From Oopsacas minuta (Eukaryota; Animalia; Porifera): a DNA stretch of 64,000 nucleotides. Below are positions 12,401 through 32,486 of the stretch, in pieces. The notes below the pieces were generated by a model. That model searched no databases and had not been told where the DNA came from. It saw nothing but the letters and a program-made list of their open reading frames with translations. The stretch is taken from positions 496,001 to 560,000 of the forward strand of contig JAKMXF010000088.1 in NCBI GenBank assembly GCA_024704765.1. Direction: 5' to 3'. Within the stretch, counting starts at the first letter, position 1; each line of letters begins with the position of its first letter. The position numbers and the translations under genes were made by a program.

Positions 12401-15314
12401 AGCTTGTATGGACATGATGCTTGTGTGAAAGCTCTTGTATTTCAGTCCCCAGCTAGAAAACTGAACCCTTACAACGAGAAAGGAGACACCCCTCTACACA
12501 TTGGTAAGTACAGTCAACTCCCGTTATGTCTAACACGGATATGTCGAAATAAGCGCTTATATCGGTTTAATTATCGCGGTCTCTTGAGCTTCGATATCAC
12601 AGGAGTTGTATAATTAACTTTTCTCTAGCTGCTAGATGGGGATATGAAGATATAGTAATACTGTTATTGGAATCTGGAGCTAGTTGGGAAGCTAGGAATA
12701 AAGACAAAGAAGTACCCAAGGATTGTGCACAGAATTCTGCTATTCAAACTGTATTTAAAGATTATATATTTAGAACTAGAGGTGCTGATGATATGCTTTA
12801 TGCAGCTGATTATAGCAAAAGAATGGTATGTATATACTTCAGAAACTATTCACTGAGCATGTTCATTCGTACGTATCTTATTATTTAATCTGTCAATTGG
12901 TTAGCGCGATTTTTGTGAGAAAGCTAGCCAAAGAGAGATTCATTCTTGTGCAAAATTTCCGGCATTCTTCATCATTATTTGTATGCTCGTTAATATACAT
13001 CATGAAGATCTATATGAAATATATTTGACTTGAAAGTATATATTGCAATTCATCTATCCTCTAAATCAGAGGTTCCCAATCTGTTCTAATATTTGCATTT
13101 ATGTACAAATACAAACATTTATAATTCTATTTTCCAAGACTCTACCTTCCCTAAAACGCTCCTCTACCTTCAGTAGTCCCATGGGGTTCAGACGGTCTAA
13201 CAACGTATTCCGTACTACAACATCTCTACAAATCAAGAAGAACCACATGATAGAAAGGGAAATGAACCTCGTATTCGATGCTATATCCACAGGCAAGGAG
13301 AACTTAGTTAGGGAAATGATGGGATGGGAGAAAACAGATATGACCTGTTCCATTGATACAGAATCTAGTTGTGAATTGAATAACAGTACTTGTAATGGAG
13401 TTTGTCATCCTCTATGTAAATGTATTAAATGTACAGCAGAGCAGAATACAGAGACAGGGCTTACTATAGCTATGGCTTCTAAATCTGGTAAGTTTCAATT
13501 TGGTAATTATAGTTGATTAATTAATAATATTTTCACACCTTTTTGGTATAATTAGAGATTAGGTTTCAATAGCTAAGCAGGCAGAAATGAGGCAAATGCA
13601 CTTCCCGTCTGTCATTTTATCTTCATAGACATCCTTTAACACACTTAATAAACATACCGTAAACTGGGGCTACTTTGGCCCACTGGGTTTGCTTTAGCCC
13701 AAATATTGAGATTTCCTTACGTATCGAATAGATATTATATTTGTATTCGAAATTGTCTACCAATATTTGAAATTCGTTAAAAATTTGGTAAGTCATATTC
13801 AAGTATAATACTGAATCTAATCTAGTTGCTTTGAAACTTTGATATTTGGGCTAAAGCAAACCCAGTGGGCCAAAGTAGCCCCAGACTACGGTATTTCAAA
13901 GTGGAGATTTTTCCATGAATTTGTATTACGATAATGAATTCCTTCCGCCAGCATGCTTAGACGGACATCATGTGGAGCTGAAACAAGTTTCTCATTAACA
14001 GAAGCCTTATCTGTATATTCTTTTTAGGGCAAACATTCCTACATATGGCTTGTCTCCATGGCAACTATTCCTTGTCAAAACTATTCATAATAAAAGGTGC
14101 AGATGTAAATACTCGTACATACGCACACAAACACACACCACTCCATTTAGCAGCACAATACAATCACAGTGGTGTAGTTAAACTCCTGATAGAGAACGGA
14201 GCTGAAATACACGCTAAGGACGTTAATGGCTGTACTCCACTTCATTACAGTGCTACAAATGGACACACAGACAGTGCATTAAGCCTCCTGGATAATGGAG
14301 CTAGTCCTAATGAGAATGATATTAGAAATAATATACCATTACATAATGCTGCTAAATGGGGGCATACTGTTATGGTAGAGTGTTTATTGGAACATGGGAG
14401 TTTAGTTGATAAATATAATGCTGATAGTTTAATGCCTATACAGGTGAGTCCTTTCTTTTGTTGTACTTGAACATGGATTGTCATTTTATCTAAGGGAAGG
14501 TTCAAACATTGTAGGCAAAAATTACTTACAAATATTTCATAATTTGCCTTTTCAAAATCTTTAAATTCAAGCCCAAATCATGCCTGTTCGGCCCCTTCAG
14601 GTTACCAATGTATTTAGATAACTCAATCAGATGAAGTGATTACAATTCTAGAATCTTATCAGAACAAACAGAAACGAGTGAGTGCAAGAAGGAATTCTCT
14701 AATTGACAGTCTTAATACTGAATCAGATATAACTTCATCTATGAATTATATACCAGTATCTCCTGTATCTGTACATGATAATATTAAGGTTAGAACTGTT
14801 AGTATACTCATACAGTGTACCGAAGCTCGAGGGATCGCGATAATTCCTCCTTCTATTTCGCCGAGGAAATATACGTTGCTTTGACGGTTTGGGACCATAT
14901 TTGTACAATTTCATACTTGGATATACTAAGGTATTTCTATATATCCGTGTTCTATATAACGGGATTTGGTTGTATACAGTAGAACAAAACTATGATAATA
15001 TTCAGTTAATCCTTGCCCCCTCAGGAAATGAATAATAGTGTACTTACTAACCGAATACGAATTATCTTCTTCCTATATAATTAGGACAAGGAAGATAATC
15101 CGTTTGGAGAATAGTTTGTTCTAATTGAAATTACGTGTTAAGTATTAACAAAGTCTTGTACTTGTAGACTGTTATTCCAGATCCACCAATAGAAGATCTC
15201 CGCCCTTACTCCAAATCAATCTTCACTATTCCTCAACTAACCTCTAAGACTAAAGTAGAAGCTGAGGTTGCTAGTACATACCTAACTGCTGGGCCTACTA
15301 CGTCGTTGACTTAA
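9443..15314 (+). CDS. ANKRD27: VARP: VPS9 domain plus ankyrin repeats, multi-exon
   Basis: MSYDEDLSRNP N-terminus, RILFEETFY, VPS9 motif ADDILPLL, two HPLCxCxxC Zn-fingernail motifs (~11810 and ~13400) and two ankyrin blocks. Last exon 15168-15314 is in phase with the donor at 14789. Confidence 0.9.
11462..11619. mobile_element. MITE family D (hAT/Charlie-like, TIR CAGYGGTTCCCAACC)
   Basis: TIRs and internal GGACCCC...CCACCAAGGGGTCCAT motif. Confidence 0.8.
12014..12137. mobile_element. MITE family A (TIR CAGTCAACTCCCGTTATATCGAA, TA target)
   Basis: Imperfect ~24-bp TIRs, TA on both sides; ANKRD27 intron. Confidence 0.85.
12511..12609. mobile_element. MITE family A
   Basis: Left TIR begins at the TA of the splice donor GTAAGTA; right end truncated. 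Confidence 0.75.
13657..13891. mobile_element. TA-type MITE with 50-bp TIRs (48/50 identical), nested in a family E copy
   Basis: CCGTAAACTGGGGCTACTTTGGCCCACTGGG...; TA flanks. Confidence 0.92.
14813..14972. mobile_element. MITE family A (diverged)
   Basis: Family core TTTGACGGTTTGGGACCATATTTGTACAATTT; TA flanks. Confidence 0.65.
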
Positions 15315-15405
15315 TTGTTTGTTTGTTTATTTGTTGTATACTTTTGAAAATTTGTGTATATCGGCTAATGTAGTTCACTTTAATTATAAACATCTTTAGA
15401 GATTA

Positions 15406-15572
15406 CAGTCCAACTCCCGTTATCTCGAAGCTCAAGGGATCCTGATAGTTACTTCGATATAACCGATATGTTACTTTGAAGGTTTGGGACCAGATTTATA
15501 CAATTTCAAACTTTGATATATCGAATTAACTATCACGGTCTCTTCAGCTTCGATAATAACAGGATTTGACTG
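15406..15572. mobile_element. MITE family A, ending 22 bp upstream of the PTDSS ATG
   Basis: Both TIRs and the family core are present. Confidence 0.8.
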
Positions 15573-15594
15573 TTCTTATATTCGAATTAGTACA

Positions 15595-16878
15595 ATGTCT
15601 AAGAGACAAACTTCAAAGCAAAGCAAATTACTTATAGAACATCCAAATACTACCGAAATATCAGAATCAGAGACTCGCCAAAATGAAAAGCACTCAAACT
15701 CTAGAATACAAGAATCTAATACATATTTTTGGAGAGCACATACTGTTACTGCTCTCATTATCGTATCAGTAGTACTCGTATACGTCACAATGTTTGAAAT
15801 CCCATCAGCTGATAGCGCTTTCAACATGCGTAGAGGTGTAATCGCGGTTACTCTAGTGTTTATTCTAGTCGCGACTATACACATGCCTGATGGACCATTC
15901 CTAAGACCACATCCGGTTGTCTGGAGGCTTGTTATGAGTTGTAGTATTGTGTACCTGCTTTTTCTTATATTTTTATTGTTCCAGAATCATGATGACGTGA
16001 GGCAGTTCCTGGTTATTTTCGATCCTAAGTTAGGTCGTCCTCTCCCAGAGCGAACATACGCTGAAGATTGCCGTCTATATGTCCCGGAGAATGTAGAAAA
16101 TCCATATTTCAACATGTTTGATAAAATGGATGTTTTTGTACCTTGTCATTTCTTCGGTTGGTGGGTGAAAGCATTAATTTTGAGAGATTTTTGGATATTA
16201 AATATTCTGAGTTTCCTGTTCGAAATTATGGAATATTTATTGGAGCATCAGTTGCCGAATTTTGGTGAATGCTGGTGGGATCATTGGATCTTAGATTTCG
16301 TGTTTTGTAACGGTTTAGGTATATGTTTTGGGATGTTAACTCTACACTATCTGAGTGCAAAAACCTATCAATGGAGATCTCTATACAACATCCCTACATT
16401 CAAAGGGAAATTGAAACGAGCAATCGGTCAGTTTATGCCTTACAGTTGGACAAGTTTCCATTGGGGTTATATGGAGAGTTTGTATCGGTGGTTAGTGATT
16501 TGGTGTATTGTCCTATTCTGGATGGTAATGGAGCTAAACACATTCTATTTGAAAGCAATCCTCTGGGTCCCAGCTAACCATATACTTAATTTTTACCGCG
16601 TCACCCTGTACGCATTAATTGGATCAGTTTCTATCAGAGAAATGCATGATTATCTCGATGACAAGACAAATATATTTGGAAGGCAGGCGTGGATAACTGT
16701 GTTCCTTATAATTGTAGAGGTTTTGATAGAAATAAAGTTTGGAGAAGAGATATATAGTGTGCCATGGCCAAGATGGGTAGTAATCGTTATTGTTGGCTCA
16801 CTTATTGCCTGGTGTTTATACACGATTTTCTATTTCTACTCACTTGCGAAAATACATTCTACGAAAAAATCAAAATAA
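15595..16878 (+). CDS. PTDSS2: Phosphatidylserine synthase (PTDSS2-like), intronless
   Basis: FWRAHTVT, DGPFLRPHP, EHQLPNFGECWWDHWILD, ELNTFYLK motifs. Confidence 0.9.
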   Translation: MSKRQTSKQSKLLIEHPNTTEISESETRQNEKHSNSRIQESNTYFWRAHTVTALIIVSVVLVYVTMFEIPSADSAFNMRRGVIAVTLVFILVATIHMPDGPFLRPHPVVWRLVMSCSIVYLLFLIFLLFQNHDDVRQFLVIFDPKLGRPLPERTYAEDCRLYVPENVENPYFNMFDKMDVFVPCHFFGWWVKALILRDFWILNILSFLFEIMEYLLEHQLPNFGECWWDHWILDFVFCNGLGICFGMLTLHYLSAKTYQWRSLYNIPTFKGKLKRAIGQFMPYSWTSFHWGYMESLYRWLVIWCIVLFWMVMELNTFYLKAILWVPANHILNFYRVTLYALIGSVSIREMHDYLDDKTNIFGRQAWITVFLIIVEVLIEIKFGEEIYSVPWPRWVVIVIVGSLIAWCLYTIFYFYSLAKIHSTKKSK

Positions 16879-16969
16879 TTCACGCAGATTTTATTTAGCA
16901 ACATTAATCAGATTTGTAGCGTTTATTCACCAAAATGATTTACAATTTATTTTAAGACACCTAGTATTA

Positions 16970-17126
16970 CAGTGTAACATCACAAACAGGGGCCTGTGGA
17001 AACGGGAAACTTCTGGAAACAGAATGAAAATAGATAGACGAATTTCTAGTCCCTTACAAATTACCCTCCACAAACGGAGGTAGCATTTTCCGCGTTCCTG
17101 GCATCCCGTTGGTGGAAGTTACAATA
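16970..17126. mobile_element. MITE family B (TIR CAGTGTAACCTCCACAAACGG, TA target)
   Basis: TIRs and internal GAATT.CTAGTCCC / GGTAGCATTTT motifs. Confidence 0.75.
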
Positions 17127-17481
17127 CTAAGAAAATATAAATGCGTTTGGACATGAAATTAGTATCGGATTAGGAAATTGTAGTTGTTGAGAGAAAATAT
17201 CCTATAGGAATATTTTCACAACCACCATTACACTTATTCGTGTACAGTGGTGTTCGTCTATTAATTAACACTATTCGCCTATTAGCACAAGTTTTTTTCA
17301 GGGATTTAGAGTTAAATTGTATTGGAAAGAATTCCTCTAATAGAAAGTTCGCGTATTAGCAAGGAATATTGGTGCAGAATACGACTTCCTAATCCGCCAA
17401 CTCCACTGTATTTCACTGATAAGATGGTGAAATAATGACAATAAATACACTCTTTAGATAGTTAGAATTAGAGCTTCTGAG

Positions 17482-20400
17482 ATGCCTAACTTATCAAAGT
17501 ATGCGAAAGTCCCGCAAGGGAAAATCCCTATTTCAATATTAATCGGGTTTACGAGTGCTGGTTTTCTAATCTACTTTGCAAGACAAATATTCCGTCGCTC
17601 TACTCCCAAACAAGGAACTTCTGGCATAAAAATATCTCCCCAGAAAAAAGCTCAAAGAGTATCGGTTGATATGAAATTCCTGAAGAATGTATACAAACTG
17701 TTACGTATCGCAGTACCAGGATTCTTTACTATGGAAATGTTCTATCTCATAATAGTAGCTATTGGTTTGCTAGCTCGTACTTACAGTGATTTATGGATTA
17801 TTTCTAATGGGACTGCTATTGAGAGTTCTATTATTGATAGAAATCCATATAGAATGAAGAAAAATGTAAGTTGGAGGGATGTACACTTTTTGAACATATT
17901 TTTGAGTGTCATATCCTTTTCATATATTCATACTCTATTTAATAGTCGTTTCATTAGGTCAAAATGGTTAAATCGAGTCTACTGTTATTACATAACTCTT
18001 GTACTTTTCTGTAGTTAACCAAGTTCATCATTGCAATGCCGATAATATCAATAATAAACAACATTCTCAAATACGGTACATCAGAATGCAAGATAAGATT
18101 CAGAAAAAGAATTACTGACTGTTTATTTGCTAGCTACCTTCACAAACAAACTTACTACAAAATGTCAAATATTGACAATCGTATTTCTAATGCTGATCAG
18201 CTGCTTACTCAAGATATAGAGAAGTTCTCTGATACTCTAGCAGAGTTATACTCAAATCTCAGTCAACCTATTCTCAATATTATTCTATTCTCTTCTATAT
18301 TGGCTAGGAATGTAGGGATAGATGCTCCTTTTAATGTGCTGGTGTATATGGTTATATCTGGCATATTTCTTACTGTACTTAGAAGACCTGTAAGTTATAT
18401 CCGTAGATATTACAATATACTCCGCTTAATAGAGCAACCAGTTAATTTCGTAGTTCACAAGATTTTTCATCCGTAGCCCCTTATACCAATTTTAACAATT
18501 CTTAGACCCCCTTCCATAGGCTGTAAAACAAATTTTGAGATCCTGCGGACTTGCTGTCGTTTGTAGGCCGCCAAGGTGTCCATAGATCCGAGTAGAACTC
18601 GGTTAATACATAAGACTTCTCTCAAACTTGTTTCCCGAAGGAGTACTTCTTATCCGAGTTCTACAGATATTCTATCGTTTAGGTCGGAGGCATGACAGCT
18701 AGAGAACAACAACTAGAGGGAGAATTCCGTTACGTAAACTCTCGTATTATAACTAACTCAGAAGAGATAGCTTTCTATCAAGGAGATGACAGAGAGAAGG
18801 AGACAGTAGATACATATTTTTCAAGACTAATATCTCATCTCAGAGAATTAATAGGATTTCATCTCGTAATGGGATTTATAGATCATATAGTAGCTAAGTA
18901 TATGGCTACAACTATAGGTTATTTGTCTGTGTCTATTCCATTTATGGATCTTACTACTGTGAAGTTTCTGAATGCTAGCCCGGAAAAATTGAGAGAGGAT
19001 TATTATATGTCAGTATACCCTCAACTCCAGTTATATCGAACACGGATATATCGAGATACCCGCTTATACCAAAGTCTTTAAATTGTACAAATATGATCCT
19101 AAACTGTCTAAGTAATTATCGCGGTCCCTTGAACTTCGATATAACAGGAGTTGATTGTAATACTTATTTTGTATGTTTTTACCAAATATTTGTAGAATTC
19201 CTTCCTATTATACAGTTTAACCTCCACGTTACACTGTATTTATGCATACTGTTTGTTATAGGTCAGGTCGCCATCTAGTAAGGCTAGCTCAAGCAGTAGG
19301 ACGATTAGTACTAGCTGGCCGTGAGATGACACGACTAGCTGGTTACACACAGAGAGTTATACAACTCCGTGACGTCATGTTAGAGTTAGAACATGGGAAA
19401 TATGAACGTACAATGATACAGCCTAAAGAAGGAGAAGCTCCCCTGATACCAGGGTCTGGTCGCATCATCACACAAGACAGAGTTATACGATTTGAAGGAG
19501 TACCGCTAGTTACACCTAATGGAGACTGTCTAGTCAGATCTCTTGACTTTGAAGTAAGTTATGATAACTTGTTTCAGTTCCATGTAATGTCTATCTAAGC
19601 ATACTAGCGAAATTTCATATCTCATTATTCTATGACGTTATCATACTACAAATTGGCCAATTCATGGAAATTTTCAACTTCTAAATATGTTATTTAAGCG
19701 TGTTAAAGGAGGTCTGTGAAGATAAAGTCAGTGCTGTTAGTTAGTAAATATATTGTGTAGTTGAATTTCCCATAATTACAATATTAATGAGGCAGGTAAA
19801 CTTGATGCGATGTGATGGAGCTGAAACAAGTTTACAACTTCCAGTAGTATTATTTTTATTTAACATTCCATTGCTCCATCTAGGTAACCTCGGGTATGAA
19901 CGTGCTTGTGTGTGGTCCGAATGGTTGCGGAAAGAGCTCACTATTCAGGATCCTAGGAGAGCTATGGCCCTTGTTTGGCGGTCAGCTGACTAAACCTCAT
20001 AGAAGTAACCTGTTCTACATACCACAGAGACCGTATATGACTATTGGTACATTCAGGGATCAGCTGATATATCCAGACACTCAAGTAGATATGGAAGCTA
20101 AGGGAGTTAATGATAATGATCTGATGCAATATCTGGAACAGGTGAGTTAAGAAATCCCCTTATTAGTTTTTAATCATACATAAATGGTGGATTTAGTATA
20201 TCTGCTTGAATGTTGACCTACGTCATTTTGTTTCTAAAACGTACTTAATCCACCATCCATGGTTACATGTGTAAGTGTGAAACTCCATAAACTGGGCCTG
20301 TGAAAACGGGGGAACTTTTGTTGAGGTAACACTGTTTAATCGGCTCAAATTGTCCCTAAGTGACCCTATTTATCAATTACTGTACTTATAGGTACAACTA

Positions 20401-20727
20401 ACTAATCTCCTGGAACGTGAAGATGGTTGGGATGCTATACACGACTGGATGGACGTACTGAGTGGAGGAGAGAAGCAACGAGTAGCAATGGCTCGTCTCT
20501 TCTACCACCACCCTCAATTTGCTATCCTAGACGAATGCACTAGTGCTGTAAGCATGGACGTAGAAGCTTCAATGTATCAGCATTGTAGGAAGGAAGGGAT
20601 TACGCTATTCACTGTATCGCATAGAAAATCCTTATGGCAACACCATGAGTATGTTATACAGTTTGATAGTAGGGGTGACTATGAATTTAAGAAGATTGAT
20701 GAGGCTACCGATGAGTTTGGTACCTGA
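17482..20727 (+). CDS. ABCD3: Peroxisomal ABC half-transporter PMP70, about 6 exons
   Basis: [22 protein letters not shown]-like [11 protein letters not shown], Walker [29 protein letters not shown]-terminal DEFGT. One junction checked: donor 19009 to exon start 19262. Confidence 0.93.
19018..19157. mobile_element. MITE family A
   Basis: TIRs with TA flanks; ABCD3 intron. Confidence 0.8.
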
Positions 20728-21016
20728 TTTAGTTGAATGTGTTTCAAGAAATGTGGAATTTTTTTTGAAACATTAATTGTATCTAATTTTAGGTTTTTGT
20801 ATTTAATGATTGATCGTTTAATGTATCCATTCAATCTTTTTCATTCTTAAACATATTTATATCTTACAGTGTAACCGACACAAACGGGACGCTAGGACGC
20901 CGAAAATGCTATCTCGTTTCCTCGTTTGTGGAGGTTTCGTGGTAGTATTTAGGAGTACGATCAGTCCTCCCTTCGATAATCACCTCCCTCACTGAGGAGT
21001 GTAGCGAAATTCCAAA

Positions 21017-21030
21017 GTAACCATGGAAAC
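21017..21030. promoter_or_regulatory. RFX X-box-like palindrome upstream of ETFB
   Basis: GTAACCATGGAAAC. Confidence 0.5.
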
Positions 21031-21176
21031 TGGGACATAATTATTTTCTAACGTCATAGAAGCACGTCAGCGGAGTTTGTGAATAGATTCATGTATAGAA
21101 TGCTATGATAATTCATGATGTGTAGTATATTATTTATTCGCCTTTGGTATTTTAAATTAGATACATTCAATTTGCC

Positions 21177-22107
21177 ATGTCCCGTCGTATCCTAGTTGGT
21201 TGCAAAAGAGTTATAGACTATGCAGTAAAGATACGAGTTAAACCAGACAAAACAGGAGTAGTAACCGAAGGAGTAAAACACTCCATGAATCCCTTTGATG
21301 AAATTGCCCTAGAGGAAGCGATTAGACTCAAAGAGAAGAAAATAGCTTCAGAAATTGTAGTAGTTAGTTGTGGGCCCTCTCAATGTCAAGAGACACTAAG
21401 AACAGCCCTAGCTATGGGGGCGGATAGAGGTATACACGTAGAAGTACCTAATCCAGAGTATGAAGGTTTACAACCCTTAGCTGTAGCTAGGATATTACAG
21501 AGACTCAGTGAAAGAGAGAAGATTGATATAGTGATACTAGGTAACCATTGTAATGTTATATTATAATTACATTCACGGATATATCCCAAACCGTCAAAGT
21601 AGCATAAATTACATCAGATATATATAGAACTAAACATATATTTTCGCGGTCCCTTGAGCTTCGATATGACGGTAGTCGGCTGTATATTATTCATCTTATC
21701 TAGGTAAACAAGCTATAGATGATGATTGTAACCAAACAGGACAGATTCTATCAGGAATGTTAGACTGGCCAATAGGTACATTCGTATCTAAAGTAGAAGT
21801 AGAAGGAGAGAGAATAAATCTCACCAGAGAGATAGATGGAGGTCTAGAAGAGATCAGTGTAGGTATACCTTGCGTCATAACAGCTGATCTCAGGCTTAAC
21901 GAGCCCAGATATGCTACGTTACCGAATATAATGAAAGCTAAGAAAAAGAAACTTGATGTGTGTAAGCCTGGTGATCTAGGGGTTGATATCACTCCCAGGT
22001 TGATAGTAGTCAGTGTTGAGGAGCCTCCGGTTAGGGAAGCGGGAGTGAAAGTAGAAGATGCACAGTCTTTATTCGATGTACTCAAGAAAGAAGGACATTT
22101 TAATTAG
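21177..22107 (+). CDS. ETFB: Electron transfer flavoprotein beta subunit (join 21177-21540, 21704-22107)
   Basis: [27 protein letters not shown], spliced [36 protein letters not shown]. Confidence 0.96.
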
Positions 22108-22247
22108 TTAGAGTTATGTTGCATAGCGAGTTTGTAACTATGTATTTAATATCAGTCGTGTTTTCGCTTGTTATAATTCGTCTAATAGCAAAATCTGCAT
22201 ATTAGCAACCAAAATTCATGCGAAACTTGTTACTATAAATAGCAAAA

Positions 22248-28603
<6,356 letters not shown>

Positions 28604-28860
28604 AATTATGAATCAATCAATACTTCCAAAAAGTATCCTAGAATTGTTGTTATTTACAAATTATAGTTATTGTTTGTAATTTGTGTGATAACTTTCGTTG
28701 TCATTCCTATACTTACCATTTTATAACCACTTTTACAAATTTTCCGGGATTTTCACTACATTCACGAGATTTCATCGTTACTCTCCTATCCTACCCGAAA
28801 ATATCCAGAAATATAGCAAGAAATTGAAAATAATAATGTTTTTGGTAATTAGCATATACA

Positions 28861-30611
28861 ATGACTGGTACAGAACTTGATGATTACTTCAGGACAACTT
28901 TTGAACAGAAAATGTTGATAAAGATGCCAGACAGAGAGGAGGATCACCTCTTACCAGCTACTAGGCTACTTGATAAGAGGAGAAAGATACTAGAGGTAAA
29001 CACTCGTTTAAAATCCTTTTAACTACCACATACAGTAAGCAGTCCCAGTATAAAATTTCCAATATTTGGGTTCCATCGAAAAGTAATCAGCTTCGGACAG
29101 TTATACTGTTACAGCATTTAAGAGATCTGGGCTCTCCCATTTCCCCATATAGACCCACTACATTTTGCTTTAGATTAGCCACTAATATTTTACATATATG
29201 TAGGTTGATAACGCGTTAGCAGCACAAAGAGATGATTTCAAAATGAAACTAGAGGCATTAAGACAGAGAAAAGAAGAGCTAGAAAGAAGAGAGAAGCAAT
29301 TGAAAGATACTCTACAAATGTATGACAAATACCTGAAGGAGGATGAAATGAAGAGAGAGAGGGCAACTCTCAAAATCAAACACGAAGCAGAACGAATTGC
29401 TATTAAAGATAAAGAAATAATTGAATTAGAGAAAGAGCGAGATGAATTGATTGAAGTTATACGTGACCAAAAACAGAAAATAGCTGATAATCTGAAGTAT
29501 AAAGAGTATTTACAAAAAGTTGTTAAACACTCACCAGAGGAATTTAGTGAGATTGGCGATATCATTAGTAGGTTTGTGTTTATGACAGTGGTCCATAGGG
29601 TCCACCGTCCACATATGTTAAAATTGTCTTCAATAAAATGGGGTACTCTTATACTTTGCTTATCCTGCATACAATTATTAAAATCAATAACCTTTAGGTA
29701 CGAGACGCTAAGTTCAACACATAACGATCTCCTAAAGAAGGATATAGCTAATCAAGAAGCTCTAGAGACTGCTAGAGCCAATTTAAAGAAGTTTAATGAT
29801 GAGAAGAATAATGAAATACTAAACTGTACTAATCAGGTAACTGTTGTATACAGTCAAATACAGTAATATTATACAATGAAACCGCTACAAACAGGGAATC
29901 CTACAGAAAAGAGGAACTTGTGGTAACATTTTTCGGCTTTTTTTAGGGACTCAGAGTTCATTTTGTGTTGGAATAATTCCTCTAATAACGTGAATTAGTA
30001 AGGGAAATTCGTGCTAAATATGAATAGTTAAGGGTGAATTCCGCTGTATCACTTTATTATAATTATACATGTATATCACAGGTTAGTAGTCTACAAGCTA
30101 ACTTAGAACAAGCTCGTAATCTCCTATTACAGAGAGAATCTGAATGGAATACAATACAGACCACAGCTGCTGAGAAGACTCTGCTTCTAGGGCAAATTAA
30201 AATGTCTACACATAATCTATTCTCTCATATTAGGAAGTATAAGGGTGATAAACATAGCGATAAAGAGGTGGATACTATAGCACAGCTGGATAAGATTAAA
30301 GAGTTTATTCAGGTAGGGTTATACCGAATTTTGTGAGAAATGTAACGCTTTTGGATATACAGAACACGAATATATTGAAGACTTAAATTGTACAAATATG
30401 GTCCCAAACCGTCAAAGTAACATATTTTTATAGCACTTTGCATCTACTGTAATCGATTTCTACAATTTGTGTTTATATAAATGCAATTTTGTAGGATATG
30501 ACTATAATCGTAGCAGAAGTAACCAGAGCAGATCAATTAGAACAACAGAAGCTACAACCCCAACAACAGGGAGAGAAAGAAGGAATGTTCCCTCCCATTA
30601 ACAAGATATAG
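28861..30611 (+). CDS. CFAP73: CFAP73/CCDC42-family ciliary coiled-coil protein, multi-exon
   Basis: MTGTELDDYFR...PATRLLDKRR, YDKYLKEDEMKRERA, LLLGQIKMSTHNLF, QLDKIKEFIQD; stop 30609-30611. Confidence 0.8.
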
Positions 30612-30801
30612 CCTCCCCATATATATATATGCACCAACCCAATTACTTATATGAACTATATTAATTCACATATACGTATCATTGTTAATAAGCTCTATAT
30701 ATCAAAGCTCAAGGGACCGTGATAACTACTTTGATATAAGCGGGTATTTTGATATAACGGAAGTTGACTGTTTGGTATTTACCATATAATACCTTACCAG
30801 A

Positions 30802-31889
30802 ATGTCTAGCAACAGCCATGAGCCAAGAGATATGTCAGTAATGAGGTCTATCCTAAAAGAAATGGGAGTAACAGACTATGAACCAGCTGTACTACATCAG
30901 TTAATGGAGTTTACTTATAAATATATTACAGGAGTATTGGAAGATGCAAAGGTGTATTCTGAACACGCTAGCAAGGATGAGGTACATAATATAACGTTAA
31001 TTGTACACAAGTATTGTGTAAAAGTTTATTAAATAGCAGTATTTACGGTCTATTATTCGTTTCCTTAATATTAGACATAACAGAATTTAATATTACCCAC
31101 AGTTAATATACCACTAGCAGAAGTCCATAATATGTATATAGAACTTACATGTGCTAAATATTTATTTAGCGATCGCATTCTATGATTAACTTTATACTAT
31201 TGTAGATATTTACAACACTATACTTTCTACTTAAGCCTGCATATACCGACACTCGTTGGGTCAGGTGAAATAGTAATCTCGGGAAGTTATTTCAGATCAG
31301 AAAACTGTCGATTATGGAGGTGTCGGTTTATGCAGGTTCTACTGTATTTATACAGCTATCATTGGACTAGCAAGAAATAGTAAGATTTACAGCCAGGAAA
31401 TGCCCGCTACATTAATAATATAATATAGATAACCTTTTCTCATATAATGTTCCGATCCCGATCTAACCATTTAAACAGAGTCTCCTTTATTTATAGATAG
31501 ATCTAAGAGATGTAAAGCTTGCACTAGAAATGCGTCTAAATCACTGCTATACTCTCCCACCTCCGAGAGAATTCCTCCTTGAGATAGCTCGAGATAAGAA
31601 CTCCACCCCTATGCCTCTCATTAACGAGCGATTCGGTATCAGACTACCCCCAGATAGATTCTGCCTCACTGCTACTAATCTACAACTCGTAAAGAAAGAT
31701 CGCCCTGCTCAAAAAGAATTGCCTAATAAGGAAATTAAAATTCCTCAATCAATGCCTACTTTAGATACGATAACACAATCAGCTGTTATAAATGAACCGA
31801 CACATTCCTTTGCTCCGTTTGAATCTACACAAAATATGTCTATGAAGGCTTTGAAACGGAAACATGATGAAGATTATGATGAATTCTAG
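30802..31889 (+). CDS. TAF9: TFIID subunit 9 (join 30802-30981, 31497-31889)
   Basis: Histone fold PRDMSVMRSILKEMGVTDYEPAVLHQLMEF, then PPPREFLLEIA...RLPPDRFCL. Confidence 0.93.
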
Positions 31890-32472
31890 TTTATTAATTG
31901 ATGGAATTAAGGAAAAGGTTTTAATAGCGATTACCGTACAGGAACCTCTAAAATTATGTGAAAATATATGGAGCGAATTCCTAGTCCCATACAAAATGAA
32001 CTGCCACAAACCTAGATACGAAGTAGCATTTTTCGGCGTCTCTGTCACTCCGTTGGTTAAACAGGATTATCTCGTAGTTCATTTCGGATTAAAGATCACG
32101 TCATTTAGAGTATAATGCGTTTAGCTAATTCCCATTTCCCAACATTCCAATTGAATCACTCAAATCAAACCATACAACGACTAATCAATAATACATGCAA
32201 ATTGTCTATAATATGGCTGATGCTTGTGTAAGCAATAATTATAGGCTCGTTTCTCTGAAAAACATCAAATACACAGTTAGAACGATAATATATATGCACA
32301 TTTAAATTGAGTTTCCATTACATTTATCTGGTGTAACACATATGAGTTGGCTATTGTCTCTTCTCGTGACGTTTGGAGATTTATTTATAATACAATTGGC
32401 TCCCCCGTTACATTTATGCGAATTTATTTTTGACTCCATTAACCGAAAATAATGTTGTCGAATATTTTGTTA

Positions 32473-32486
32473 GTTACCATGGCAAC
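32473..32486. promoter_or_regulatory. RFX X-box-like palindrome overlapping the USP start codon
   Basis: GTTACCATGGCAAC. Confidence 0.5.
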
